Positions 9,648 to 19,568 of a stretch of DNA of 64,000 bases are shown in pieces. Positions within the stretch are counted from its first letter, which is position 1; the number at the start of each line of letters is the position of its first letter. Origin of the DNA: Candidatus Auribacterota bacterium (GTDB taxonomy: Bacteria > Auribacterota > Tritonobacteria > UBA1439); assembly GCA_026392035.1 (NCBI GenBank), contig JAPLCX010000083.1, positions 4,597 through 68,596 of the forward strand, given 5' to 3'. The notes beneath the pieces are model-generated. The model was given only the letters and a program-made list of their open reading frames with translations, was not told where the DNA came from and made no database searches. Made by a program: the position numbers and the translations under genes.

Positions 9648-9710
9648 ACCACAGATTTCTCTGATTATTTATGCCTTTTCTGAGTAAATCAGTGGTGATT
9701 CATCTGTGGT
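9648..9710. repeat. Inverted-arm element (ACCACAGAT...ATCTGTGGT)
   Basis: 9-bp terminal inverted match plus internal ctgatt/aatcag pair; overlaps the stop of the ligase-like gene. Confidence 0.6.
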
Positions 9711-11849
9711 AACATCCGTATAATTAAGCCGCTGTATAGAAATTCTTTCCTTTCTCCATTTATGCTCGATCTCAGCCACCCGCTCCCTGACCATCGCGTC
9801 CAGCCTCTCGTACTCGGCGGGGCTGTGGCGGCGGATTCTCTTCGGTTTCTCACGCGCGACATGGATCAATCCCAACCCGCGGCGGTATTCACCCAGGGAC
9901 TCCGCCGGTCTCCCTGTCGTTTCGAGCCAGTAGGCCAGCAGGAGGTGATAGTCAACATCGTGCGGACTGCACGCGATGGCCTTCCGGAGCTCATCCATCG
10001 CTGCGGCGGCTTTTCCCTTGTCAGAGCCGCCGCCCGCATGGCGCCAGTAGCAGGCCGCGAGACGGAAATGGTAGGCGGGGATGCCCTCCCCGCGCACCGC
10101 AGCCTGCCGATATGCGGCCAGGGCGCCCCCGACATTCCCTGCCCTTTCCAGTATTTCCGCGAGGGAGTTCCAGTAGACCGGGTTATCACCCTCGAGTGAA
10201 AGCGCCTTGAGAACCTCTTCGCCGGCCCGGTCCCGCATCCCCCGTGTTTCCAGTTCTTGAGACCTCAGGCGGTGCCACTCAGCCCCGGCACGCGGCCCGA
10301 TCCAAAAAATCGCGGCCCCGAGGACGAGAAACCCCAGGAGCACACCGGACAACGCGGGCAGCCGGCGCGCGCGCGAGTGCGCCGTGGAAGCGCCGATTCC
10401 GAGCCCCGCGAGGGCCCAGAGCGTGAGACTCGTTTCCGGCACGCTCAGGTTCACGTCTATCGCGCCGTGCACCAGGAAGGCGCAGATGGAGATTGTCACT
10501 GCAAACGGGATAGCCTTTTCTGCCCGCGCCTGGTCGCATGAACAATTACTCTGGGATTTGGGATGCGCTTGTCCCGAGCGAAGCCGAGGGAAGATTTGGG
10601 ATTTAATAAGTGCCCGGATGCAGGAAACCCAGAGGCATATGAACGCGGCGAGGCCGATGGCGCCCATTTCTGAGGCGAGCCCCAGGTAGATATTATGGGG
10701 TAACCTCCCCTCCTCGGACCCCGGCGCCCTGAAACGCGCGTACGCGCCCGCAAAGCCTCCCGGCCCAAGTCCGCGCACCGGATTCTCCCGCCACATCCCC
10801 AGTGCGGCCCGCCAATAGTCAACGCGCGCCCCGGCGCTGTCTTTCATACCGGCTGGAACCATGTCCGCGAGCACCGCGACCACCACCAGGGCGAGCACCA
10901 CGAGTCCTATGGCAGACGCGATCTTGTACCTCCCCCGCAACAGGAGCGGGGTGAAAAGGACGGAAAATAGTAACGCGAGCCATGCCCCTTCGGACGCGGT
11001 GAGCGAGAGCGCCCAGAGGGGAAGGATCACCAGCGGGAGGGCGCACAGGTTCAGCAAGAGCCGGCTCCCTTTTCTCTCGGCGATGGCGAGCCCCGACAGG
11101 ACGGTGCTCGCGGCGGCAAAGAGGCACACCAGGAGGAGCGGCCTGGCGCTGAGATCGCTGAAGAATCCCCAGGCGACCGATGCGGCCAGGAGCGCGCCCA
11201 GGTACGTGCCGTAGCACGCGGCCAGTGAATCCGCCCGCGGCCAGAAAAATATCGAGGCGACGAACGGGATCGCGATGATGAGGTACCCCGCAAGTGCGTT
11301 CGGATAGAAAAAGGTTGAAAAAATGGCGTTCGAAGAAACTCTGCTCACGAATGCCGAACTTTGGTCGCCGGCCATCATTGCCCCGCTCAGGAGCGCGCGG
11401 GTCTCGCTCAAACCATAGAAGTATTGATGCAGACCGTACAGCGACACAAGGATAACGCCGGAAGCCACGCCGATAGAGAGGGCAATCCTTGCGGGGCGCG
11501 AGGAGCCGAGGTTCTCCGCGAGGAGGTACGCGGCGGTACAGGCGGCGGTCTGAAAAAAGAAATCCCTCGCGAGCCACTGCCGGCCCGAGCACATGGAGAG
11601 CAGGAGTACCACAAGGAAATAGAGCAGGACAAAGGCGCCGGTACGGGTCACACGCCATGGTATTCCGCCCCTGAGGGCAGAGCTATACAGGGAGAAGGCG
11701 AGGAGCATGGCGAGGATGAGGAGGATGGCCACGTTGCTCTCGGGGTAGGTCACTCCAGACCAGAGGACCCTCAGGACAAGGACTGCGCCAAGCGCGATGC
11801 CCAGTGCGATCGGCGCGGCTGATCCACTTTTTCCCGCTTCGCTGCTCAC
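9669..11849 (-). CDS. O-antigen ligase (Wzy_C) family membrane protein with C-terminal TPR-like repeats
   Basis: Many TM helices, STFFYPNALAGYL, SEGAWL, R..YWRAAL..W..NP..GLGPGGF, PHNIYL...EMG. Confidence 0.85.
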   Translation of the reverse strand: MSSEAGKSGSAAPIALGIALGAVLVLRVLWSGVTYPESNVAILLILAMLLAFSLYSSALRGGIPWRVTRTGAFVLLYFLVVLLLSMCSGRQWLARDFFFQTAACTAAYLLAENLGSSRPARIALSIGVASGVILVSLYGLHQYFYGLSETRALLSGAMMAGDQSSAFVSRVSSNAIFSTFFYPNALAGYLIIAIPFVASIFFWPRADSLAACYGTYLGALLAASVAWGFFSDLSARPLLLVCLFAAASTVLSGLAIAERKGSRLLLNLCALPLVILPLWALSLTASEGAWLALLFSVLFTPLLLRGRYKIASAIGLVVLALVVVAVLADMVPAGMKDSAGARVDYWRAALGMWRENPVRGLGPGGFAGAYARFRAPGSEEGRLPHNIYLGLASEMGAIGLAAFICLWVSCIRALIKSQIFPRLRSGQAHPKSQSNCSCDQARAEKAIPFAVTISICAFLVHGAIDVNLSVPETSLTLWALAGLGIGASTAHSRARRLPALSGVLLGFLVLGAAIFWIGPRAGAEWHRLRSQELETRGMRDRAGEEVLKALSLEGDNPVYWNSLAEILERAGNVGGALAAYRQAAVRGEGIPAYHFRLAACYWRHAGGGSDKGKAAAAMDELRKAIACSPHDVDYHLLLAYWLETTGRPAESLGEYRRGLGLIHVAREKPKRIRRHSPAEYERLDAMVRERVAEIEHKWRKERISIQRLNYTDVTTDESPLIYSEKA

Positions 11850-12937
11850 CTCTTACCCCTGCCGAAGTATTCCAGTATCGCGATTACTGAAACGATGAGA
11901 ATCGTCTGGGCGAACACAATCATTCCCCCTCCCCACCCCACCCGGGGGAGAAGCAGGGCCGATAACCCCGTGGCGAGCGTCACGAGATAAATGAAACAGA
12001 CCGCCCCCCGCTGCGACATTCCCAGCGTGACGAGCCGATGCGAGAAGTGGCGCCTGTCCGCTGTGAATATGCTCTCGCCGCGCGAGATCCTGATCGCGAC
12101 CACCGAGAGGGTATCGTACAGCGGCACCGCGAGGATCACCAGCGGCATGAGCACGGCGAGCGGCCCGCCCTCCGCGGGACTGTAATAGGTCTGTATGACG
12201 GTCATGACCGCGATGAAGTAGCCGATGAACATGCTCCCGGCATCACCCATGAAGATTGTCGCCGGGTGAAAGTTATAGCGGAGGAACCCAAGGAGGCTCC
12301 CCGCGAAAACCAGGAGCATGACGGAGATGAAATACTGGCCCCTGGATGTCGAGATCCCCAGGAATACCGCAGACGCGACGAGCGCCACGCCCGCGCAGAG
12401 GCCGTCCATGTTGTCGAGGAGATTGAACGCGTTGGTGATCACCACGATCCATGCGATGGTGACTGCCGCGCTCAAATAGTAGTTCGGCATAAATAAGGTG
12501 ACCCGTATGTCGAGGCAGACGAGGCTGATCGCCACGAGGAGCTGCCCGAGGAGCTTGACGCGCGGCTTTAGATCAGTCACGTCGTCCCAGATCCCGATAC
12601 AGAAGATCGTGAAGCCGCCAATCAGGATAACCGCGAGTTTGGGAAAGACCGAACGTGCGCCGCTCAGGTACGCCGCGAGCGACGAGGGGATGAGCGAGGC
12701 GCGCGCAGCGCAGCGGGAGACCAGAAATACGAGCGCCGAGTTAACGAGGAGCGCAATGGCCACCGAGGTGAAAATGGCGGCACCGCCGAACAAAGGTATC
12801 GGGCGCTGGTGTGGCTTTCTCCCGCCGGGCAGATCCAGCATGCCCGCGCGTCCGGCGATCCTCCTGGCGATCGGCGTCAGGACGAGGCTGAGCGCCAGCG
12901 CGAGGACGAACACGTAGCAATAGACAACGATCCACAT
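11846..12937 (-). CDS. MraY/WecA/TagO family polyprenyl-phosphate GlcNAc-1-P transferase
   Basis: DLPGGRKPH..PIPLFGG, GIWDD, NAFNLLDNMDGL, FMGDAGS, DRRHFSHRL. Confidence 0.92.
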   Translation of the reverse strand: MWIVVYCYVFVLALALSLVLTPIARRIAGRAGMLDLPGGRKPHQRPIPLFGGAAIFTSVAIALLVNSALVFLVSRCAARASLIPSSLAAYLSGARSVFPKLAVILIGGFTIFCIGIWDDVTDLKPRVKLLGQLLVAISLVCLDIRVTLFMPNYYLSAAVTIAWIVVITNAFNLLDNMDGLCAGVALVASAVFLGISTSRGQYFISVMLLVFAGSLLGFLRYNFHPATIFMGDAGSMFIGYFIAVMTVIQTYYSPAEGGPLAVLMPLVILAVPLYDTLSVVAIRISRGESIFTADRRHFSHRLVTLGMSQRGAVCFIYLVTLATGLSALLLPRVGWGGGMIVFAQTILIVSVIAILEYFGRGKR

Positions 12938-13113
12938 GGCGTGGATAAGTGTAAGCTCCGGGATAAAACTTGTAAACAAGGATTCGCACACGTGGATTCG
13001 CACACGCATTTCGTCGCTCGATAGAGGTGGTACACCCAATCCTACAAAGAGTCTACAGACGTCACCTTGAGGGAGGGAGTTGTATCACTGTTTGAGTCAA
13101 GGGGATACCCCCA

Positions 13114-13236
13114 TCAGGATAATTGTATCTGAAAATAGCGTCTGTGGAATCCCCCTGTACGGAAGAGAATGCTCGGGAGCATCACGACGGCGACGAGCAG
13201 TAACAGCAGCAAAATGATGGCGATTCCTTTGCCCAT
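13114..13236 (-). CDS. Putative 40-aa single-pass membrane peptide (not in the ORF track)
   Basis: MGKGIAIILLLLLLVAVVMLPSILFRTGGFHRRYFQIQLS*; starts 8 bp after the methyltransferase stop, with purine-rich upstream sequence. Confidence 0.45.
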   Translation of the reverse strand: MGKGIAIILLLLLLVAVVMLPSILFRTGGFHRRYFQIQLS

Positions 13237-13243
13237 CTCCCTA

Positions 13244-14050
13244 CTATCCTTTCGCATTCTGCTTGAGGAAGAGGTACTCCGTGTTCGCCTCGCCCGTGCT
13301 GATATTGATCAGCTCCAGATTAAGTTTGTTGCGGCAGAATCGCAGCACGTCTTCGATCTTCGCATCCTCGTAAGGCCATCCCCCAAGCCAGTCTCTCAGA
13401 TCCGTGAGATACGACATCCCCCGCATACTCTCGTAGTTTCTTATCCATCGCAGCGGATTCTTCCTGTGGAGGAGCTGCGGGAGGAAGGTGTGGCGCACGA
13501 TGTAGCGCAACTCCATCAGCCTCTTCTGGAAAGCTTGAGCACTGTTGTATCGCTTTTTCACCTTCACCCAGTAATCGGACTTTGAGCTTCTCGTGTAGAG
13601 CGCCACATAGAACACTCCATGTTCCCTCATCAAACCCGCGGCATATTCAATGGCTTTCCACATCTGGCCGGTATGGTGCAGCACTCCCCACGCGTACACG
13701 ATATCCGCAGGTTCAAGTGACGCAACAAATGCCTCATCGAGGATAGATCCACGTAACACGGTCCAGTGGGGCGGGCTCCCGCTCATCTGCCTGACCCTCT
13801 CGGTCGTCCTCACTGAATCGGGATCGCTGTCAAAACTCACAACTCTCTCCGCGCCTGCCTCGAGGGCCGCACGCGAGGAGAGCCCGCTTCCACATCCCAC
13901 GTCTAAAAAGTATTTCCCCGCGAGATCCGGCAACTCTAGAAACTTGAGGATGTGCTCCCGTGAAATACGAATCCGCTCATCGCTCAGCGCGCGCCGTATG
14001 AACAGGTCCCAGTTTTTGCCGAATCTGAACGCGCGTCCGCTGTCATCCAT
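13244..14050 (-). CDS. Class I SAM-dependent methyltransferase
   Basis: FRFGKNW, FLDVGCGSGL, DIVYAWGVLHHTG, DWLGGWPYE. Confidence 0.9.
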   Translation of the reverse strand: MDDSGRAFRFGKNWDLFIRRALSDERIRISREHILKFLELPDLAGKYFLDVGCGSGLSSRAALEAGAERVVSFDSDPDSVRTTERVRQMSGSPPHWTVLRGSILDEAFVASLEPADIVYAWGVLHHTGQMWKAIEYAAGLMREHGVFYVALYTRSSKSDYWVKVKKRYNSAQAFQKRLMELRYIVRHTFLPQLLHRKNPLRWIRNYESMRGMSYLTDLRDWLGGWPYEDAKIEDVLRFCRNKLNLELINISTGEANTEYLFLKQNAKG

Positions 14051-15617
14051 GATTCACACCCCCTACCCTCTCCTTCACCACTTTAGTCACATAATTCAAC
14101 TCTTCAACTTTCATGAGGAAACCGAGCACGCCGAAAATAAGGCAGCCTGAGACCACCGTGATGAGCACGCACACCGCGCCGCTCATCTCAGTCGGCTGTA
14201 CCATCATCCGCCGGCACAGTCCGTATATCACGTGCATCCCCAACCCCATCACCACGGCGACCGCGACTACCTTAACAATACCGATCGCCACAGACCTTCC
14301 ACTCATGGCGCCGATTTTCTTCCTCAGCGCCACGAAGAAGGCGGCCGTCATGATCATCTGCACGCATGAGGTGGACAGCGCGATCCCCGCAGCGGGTGGC
14401 CGAACCAGCCGTATAAACAGCACATTGAGCAGCACGTTCAAGAGCACTCCCGCCGATGCCACCTTCACGAGTATCGCCATTTCCTGAAACGCGAGAAATA
14501 CCCTGATGATGATGATGCCCACGGTGTAAAAAAAGAGCTGCAATGAATAGCAGATGAGGAGTGCCGAGGTCAATTCCGTTGCGTCGCGCCCAAAGGCACC
14601 CCGTTGGAACACAAGCTGAATAATCGGTTTTGCCAGGACGATCAGCATCGCGGTCAGCGGTATGAAAATCAATCCTGATATCCGTATGCTCTTCGACAGC
14701 GAATCTTTCAGCTCCTCGATTCTTTTTTCCGCTACCTGACTCGAAAAAAATGGGTAGACCGCGGTGGCGAGGGAACCGGTGAAGATAATAATCGGGACCT
14801 GAATCAATTTCTCCGCATAGCCCAGCGCCGCGATGCTCCCGGGGGCGAGATATGAGGCCATCACACGGTCAACGAGAAGATTTACCTGCGCGGCGATAAT
14901 CGCCCAGAAATACACGCACGAGAGGGAAAGCATTTCCTTCACCGCCGGATGACCCGCAGTGAGAGAGAGGGAGTGATGGAAGCCCTTCGCCCTCAGCATC
15001 GGGACGAGGAAAAGAAACTGGGCCACGAGGCCGGCGAGCAAACCATAGGGGAGCACGAGGACGCCCCATCGATTTACAAAAAGGACAATGCACAGGATCG
15101 CGCTCGCCGTAATCATCATATTTGAAAATGCGGGGGCAGTGAAATGCTCCTGCGCGTTGAGGATACCGGTCATGATGCCTATCATCCCGCTCAACACAAC
15201 CGTAATACACAAGATCCGCAACATGTGCACGGCCATCGCGGCCGTATCCCTTGAGAGGCCGTGAAATCCGTATTGTATTATCCACGGTGCGCATAGTGCG
15301 AGGAAGAGTGCGGCGAATACCAGAAATATCACGAGGTAATTGATCGTGATCGAGGCAAGGAGGTTCGCTTCCATACGGTCTTTGAGCCTGTACCTGATAA
15401 AGAGAGGTATGAACACTGCACCGAAGGTGGTGAGGAGCACGTTATTGATCAGGGCGGGGAACGCAACCGCTGCGTAGAACGCGTCCATCGCCTTCGTGAT
15501 GCCAAAGTAGTTTGCCACCATAATCTCTTTGACCAAGGAAAGGATATAGCCGAGACTGCTGGCGGTGATCAAAATGATCGAGGCCTTCGCGATTTTACGG
15601 TTTGTGCTCATGTCCAT
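14043..15617 (-). CDS. murJ: MurJ/MviN family lipid-linked oligosaccharide flippase
   Basis: A..FG...DAFY, FGAVFIPLF, VDRVMASYL.PGSIAALGYA, FQRGAF; about 14 TM helices. Confidence 0.88.
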   Translation of the reverse strand: MDMSTNRKIAKASIILITASSLGYILSLVKEIMVANYFGITKAMDAFYAAVAFPALINNVLLTTFGAVFIPLFIRYRLKDRMEANLLASITINYLVIFLVFAALFLALCAPWIIQYGFHGLSRDTAAMAVHMLRILCITVVLSGMIGIMTGILNAQEHFTAPAFSNMMITASAILCIVLFVNRWGVLVLPYGLLAGLVAQFLFLVPMLRAKGFHHSLSLTAGHPAVKEMLSLSCVYFWAIIAAQVNLLVDRVMASYLAPGSIAALGYAEKLIQVPIIIFTGSLATAVYPFFSSQVAEKRIEELKDSLSKSIRISGLIFIPLTAMLIVLAKPIIQLVFQRGAFGRDATELTSALLICYSLQLFFYTVGIIIIRVFLAFQEMAILVKVASAGVLLNVLLNVLFIRLVRPPAAGIALSTSCVQMIMTAAFFVALRKKIGAMSGRSVAIGIVKVVAVAVVMGLGMHVIYGLCRRMMVQPTEMSGAVCVLITVVSGCLIFGVLGFLMKVEELNYVTKVVKERVGGVNHG

Positions 15618-16786
15618 TGTTCGCGCCCCGACAGTTCGGTATAGAGGCGGGTAATATCGTTGAGGAGCCTCTGCTTCGCGTAGCGACCGCGCACGAACTT
15701 TTTCCCCGCCTCCCCCATGATCTCCGCGCGCGCCCGGTCTCCCAGGAGATCGAGCATCAGCGCCGCGATTTCCCGCGGATCGCGCGTTCGCGCGAGTAAT
15801 CCGCTCACCCCATGCCGGACGACATCGCCCACCCCGCCGACATCAGTCGCGACGACCGCCCTGCCCGCGGCCGAGGCCTCGATGAGAGAAACGGGCGTCC
15901 CCTCGTTGAGAGAGGTGAGCGCAACCAGATCTGAATCCGCGTAGACCCGCTCAAGGTCGCTGTGCCACCCAAGGAAGAATATCCTATCCCCGAACCCTCG
16001 CCCGCGGGCAGTCTCCTCGAGTTCCCCCCTGAGCGGCCCGTCTCCCACCACCAGGAAAACGGCGTCCGGGCGCTCGTCGAGCACGCGGCGGGCCGCGCTG
16101 AGGAACAGATCGTGGTCCTTGATGGGGACCAGCCGCCCCACCGTGGATACGATTGGCGAGGTAGGGGGGATGGCAAGTTCCCGTCTCAGTTCGCCCCTCA
16201 GCGTCTGTGAGTGATCGAATCTCTCCAGATCAAAGCCGAGGGGGATAACCGCGTACTGCGATGCCCGGCCTATCCTGTACCGCCCCACGAGCTCTTCGCG
16301 CTGTGATTCGCTCAGGACGACAATCCTGTCAGTGTGTCGGGCGAGCCATCGCTCGAGGCGCAGATACAGGCGCGTGCGCGCGGGTGAGAAATAGCCGCTG
16401 AACACATGGCCGTGAAACGTGTGCACTGTTTTTACCCCCGGACAGAAAAGCCCCGCGATCCTCCCGATCGTTCCCGCCTTCGCCAGATGCGTGTGTATGA
16501 TATCCGGCCTCTCCCTCCTCACAATGCCGATAATTTTAACGAGGCTCCTGATGTCGTCACACGGGTTGAGCTCGCGCTGGAGGGCGGGAATGACCACGGG
16601 CGTGACGCCCCGTTCCTCCGCGCGCGCGCGCATATCTCCCTCGCGCGGGCCCGGCCTGCCGCACACGAGCGTCGTCGTGAATTTATCCGCCGGCAGATCG
16701 GCGCTGAGCGCGATGGCGTGGATGGACGGCCCTCCGATATTCAGGCGCGTGATGAGCCTGAGTATCTTGAGGGGGCGGGAACTCAC
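15608..16786 (-). CDS. GT4 family glycosyltransferase
   Basis: ITRLNIGGP, HTHLAKAG, HTFHGH, VGRL..IKD, SLNEGTPVSLIEA. Confidence 0.93.
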   Translation of the reverse strand: MSSRPLKILRLITRLNIGGPSIHAIALSADLPADKFTTTLVCGRPGPREGDMRARAEERGVTPVVIPALQRELNPCDDIRSLVKIIGIVRRERPDIIHTHLAKAGTIGRIAGLFCPGVKTVHTFHGHVFSGYFSPARTRLYLRLERWLARHTDRIVVLSESQREELVGRYRIGRASQYAVIPLGFDLERFDHSQTLRGELRRELAIPPTSPIVSTVGRLVPIKDHDLFLSAARRVLDERPDAVFLVVGDGPLRGELEETARGRGFGDRIFFLGWHSDLERVYADSDLVALTSLNEGTPVSLIEASAAGRAVVATDVGGVGDVVRHGVSGLLARTRDPREIAALMLDLLGDRARAEIMGEAGKKFVRGRYAKQRLLNDITRLYTELSGREQWT

Positions 16787-18672
16787 GGCAGCCCCCCGCG
16801 GTCAATAAACGCCCTGTGCCAGAGCTCCAGGACCAGCAGCGCCCAGAGTCGGGGCGCATGGTCCGTGATCCCTTTTTGATGTGCGTCGACAAGTTCCCTG
16901 ACGCGCGCCGGATCAAAATATCCCCTCGAGAGAGAAGACGGGTCGAGGATGATCTCGCGGAGGTACTCCCTGAGCTCTCCCCTGAACCAGCCGCCGATCG
17001 GCACGCCGAACCCCATCTTCCCCCGGTGGAGGATACGCGGGGGCAGGAGATCAGAGAATGTCTCCTTGAGGATATACTTGCTCTTCCTCCCCCGGAGCTT
17101 CCATGCCGAGGGGAGGGACGCCGCGAACTCCACGACCCGGTGGTCAAGGAAGGGGGAGCGCGCCTCCAGTGACGTCGCCATCGTCGCGATATCCACTTTC
17201 ACGAGAAGGTCGTCGGGCAGGTAGCTGTGGAGATCGACAAAGAGCAGCCTGGCAATCTCATCCTCGGAACGGCATGACCTGAACAGGCGCACAAGAAACC
17301 CCCCGGCATCATACCCATGGCTCAGCGCCCGCATCCCCGGCAGGTAGAGCTGCTCTTTCTCCTCGTCATCGAAAAAAACCATGTAGGTCAGGTAGCGGTC
17401 GGGCCCATCACAGATGAGCGAGGGCATAAAGCGCCTCACCTTGCCCAGGAATGAGCCGCGCCGTGAGGAGCGGAGGACACGCTTCCAGAACTGCGCCTGG
17501 CGCTTCAGGAAAGGGATTCTGTCAAGCCGGCCGGCGAGCGTGTAGGCGAGATATCGAGGATAGCCGGCGAAGAGCTCGTCGCCGGCGTCGCCGTTCAGCG
17601 CCACGGTCACGTGCCGCCGGCTCATCTCCGCGACGTAGTATGTGGGGAGGGCGGAAGAATCGGCGAACGGCTCGCCGTAATGCCATACAAGCTTGGGGAG
17701 GAGGTCAACGGCGCTCGGCTTGACGATAAATTCGTGGTGGTCCGTCGAATACCTCCGCGCGAGCGCCCTCGCGTAGGGGAGCTCGTTGTAGCTCTGGTCC
17801 TCAAAACCGATGGAGAAGGTTTTGACCGGTCGATCCAAAAGCCCGCTCATGAGGGACACCACGATGCTCGAATCGATCCCGCCGCTCAGAAATGCCCCCA
17901 GGGGGACGTCGCTGATCAACCTCAGACGCGTCGCCTCGGTCAGGAGATCGCGCAGCCGCTCCCGGGTCTCATCGTAGTCCATTGTCACGGTCCCGGGAGG
18001 ATTGACCTCCCAGTAGCGCGTGATCGAGAGGCGCCCGTCTTTTAACAGCAGGTAATGGGCGGGGGATAACTTCTTCATCCCCTCAAATATTGACAGCGGC
18101 GAGGGGACATACTGATAGGTGAGGTAGAGATCCAGCGCGCGGAGATCAACGGCGCGCTCGAAACCGGGGAAGCGGAGGAGCGGGGCCGGGGTAGAGGCGA
18201 AAATGAAATCGCCGTTCGTGACGCTGTAGAAAAAGGGCTTCACCCCGAGGCGGTCCCGCGCGCAGAAAAGCTGCCGCTCCCGCTCGTCCCACAGCGCGAA
18301 CGAGAACATCCCCCTCAGATGGCTCAGGCAGTCCGTCCCGTACTCCTCGTAGAGGTGCAGGATGACCTCGGTGTCGCATCGCGTGACAAACGTGTGTCCC
18401 CGCGCTTTCAGATCCCTGGTCAATTCCTGGAAGTTGTATATCTCGCCGTTGTAGACGAGCCAGAGCGAGCGGTCCTCGTTCGTCATCGGCTGGACGCCGG
18501 CCTCGACGTCGATAATGCTGAGGCGGCGGTGGCCGAGCCCCACGGGGCCGTTCAGATAGTACCCCTCACCGTCGGGTCCCCGGTGGGCCATCAGCCGGGT
18601 CATCGCTTCAAGTGCCTCTCTGTCAACAGGTCTTGAACGATCGGCGTATACAACTCCGCAGATACCACACAT
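16783..18672 (-). CDS. asnB: Asparagine synthase (glutamine-hydrolysing) family amidotransferase
   Basis: MCGICG, HRGPD, NGEIYNF, RDRLGVKP, LSGGIDSS, LEARSPFLD. Confidence 0.95.
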   Translation of the reverse strand: MCGICGVVYADRSRPVDREALEAMTRLMAHRGPDGEGYYLNGPVGLGHRRLSIIDVEAGVQPMTNEDRSLWLVYNGEIYNFQELTRDLKARGHTFVTRCDTEVILHLYEEYGTDCLSHLRGMFSFALWDERERQLFCARDRLGVKPFFYSVTNGDFIFASTPAPLLRFPGFERAVDLRALDLYLTYQYVPSPLSIFEGMKKLSPAHYLLLKDGRLSITRYWEVNPPGTVTMDYDETRERLRDLLTEATRLRLISDVPLGAFLSGGIDSSIVVSLMSGLLDRPVKTFSIGFEDQSYNELPYARALARRYSTDHHEFIVKPSAVDLLPKLVWHYGEPFADSSALPTYYVAEMSRRHVTVALNGDAGDELFAGYPRYLAYTLAGRLDRIPFLKRQAQFWKRVLRSSRRGSFLGKVRRFMPSLICDGPDRYLTYMVFFDDEEKEQLYLPGMRALSHGYDAGGFLVRLFRSCRSEDEIARLLFVDLHSYLPDDLLVKVDIATMATSLEARSPFLDHRVVEFAASLPSAWKLRGRKSKYILKETFSDLLPPRILHRGKMGFGVPIGGWFRGELREYLREIILDPSSLSRGYFDPARVRELVDAHQKGITDHAPRLWALLVLELWHRAFIDRGGLP

Positions 18673-18719
18673 AAAAAACTCCGCTCAGGCAACACCGCCC
18701 ATCATCGCCTTACAGCAGG

Positions 18720-19472
18720 CTAATTTCCCAAAAAACATATCCCCAGATTCCTAAAAATACGATACTGCAAGTGGTGTCTTCTGCAAAAGTATTTGAATGC
18801 GTTCTTCTTTAATGGAGGACAAAGAACATCATGAGATGACAGCATTCCATTAGGTTTGAGATAACCAAGTGCTGTCTCATATTCCCAGAGCATGTGATTA
18901 AATGTGTGGAGGCTATCATGATGAAAATGATCTATCTGGCTCAAACTCTCTAACAGATTAGGCAGCTCTACCTTGATGTCTCCAAGTAATAACCTCCACC
19001 TATCCATAACAATTTTTCTTACAAGAAAGTTCTGCGATGGCTTTCCTTCCTCACCGGGCAGGTCTATACTATACAACATGCCAAAGCCGTTTTCCCTCAA
19101 CGCTTCGAGGATATGAGAACTGGAGGCGCCATACAGCACCCCTGTTTCAACAACTACTGATGGCTTCGCTGCCCTCACCAGTAGATACAGGGTATCGCAA
19201 TCAAAATCAGAGCTCGTGCCAACGCCCCCTACGAGTTCTATGAGTCTAGATTTCTGAATGCCATACCATGACTTAAATTCCGAACTTAAATAATCTTTAA
19301 AAATAGAACCTATATCAATGTCATATTTTGCAGACAGAAAATCCAGCAGCATGCACCGTGCCCTATTGAGATCAATTAAAACCTTCCTTTTATTAATCAA
19401 AAAGTCGTTGAACTTTCTCATTATCAAGGATGGCTCATTGATTGCCCTTAGAATCTTATTCAACATGTTCAT
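18720..19472 (-). CDS. Class I SAM-dependent methyltransferase (Methyltransf_24-like)
   Basis: VVETGVLYGASS, LYSIDLP, FHHDSLHT; AT-rich. Confidence 0.85.
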   Translation of the reverse strand: MNMLNKILRAINEPSLIMRKFNDFLINKRKVLIDLNRARCMLLDFLSAKYDIDIGSIFKDYLSSEFKSWYGIQKSRLIELVGGVGTSSDFDCDTLYLLVRAAKPSVVVETGVLYGASSSHILEALRENGFGMLYSIDLPGEEGKPSQNFLVRKIVMDRWRLLLGDIKVELPNLLESLSQIDHFHHDSLHTFNHMLWEYETALGYLKPNGMLSSHDVLCPPLKKNAFKYFCRRHHLQYRIFRNLGICFLGN

Positions 19473-19568
19473 CTCAGCCGATGTATCTTAACATGCATAT
19501 TTTGTCTCACCAGTAACCAAGGTTTTAAAAGATAGTTACATCACCGATTGCGCCGAGGCTCCCCCCAC

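Noticed and set aside
13078..13100. TTGACT...TACAAC promoter upstream of the WecA-like gene
   Set aside because: The spacer is only about 10 bp.
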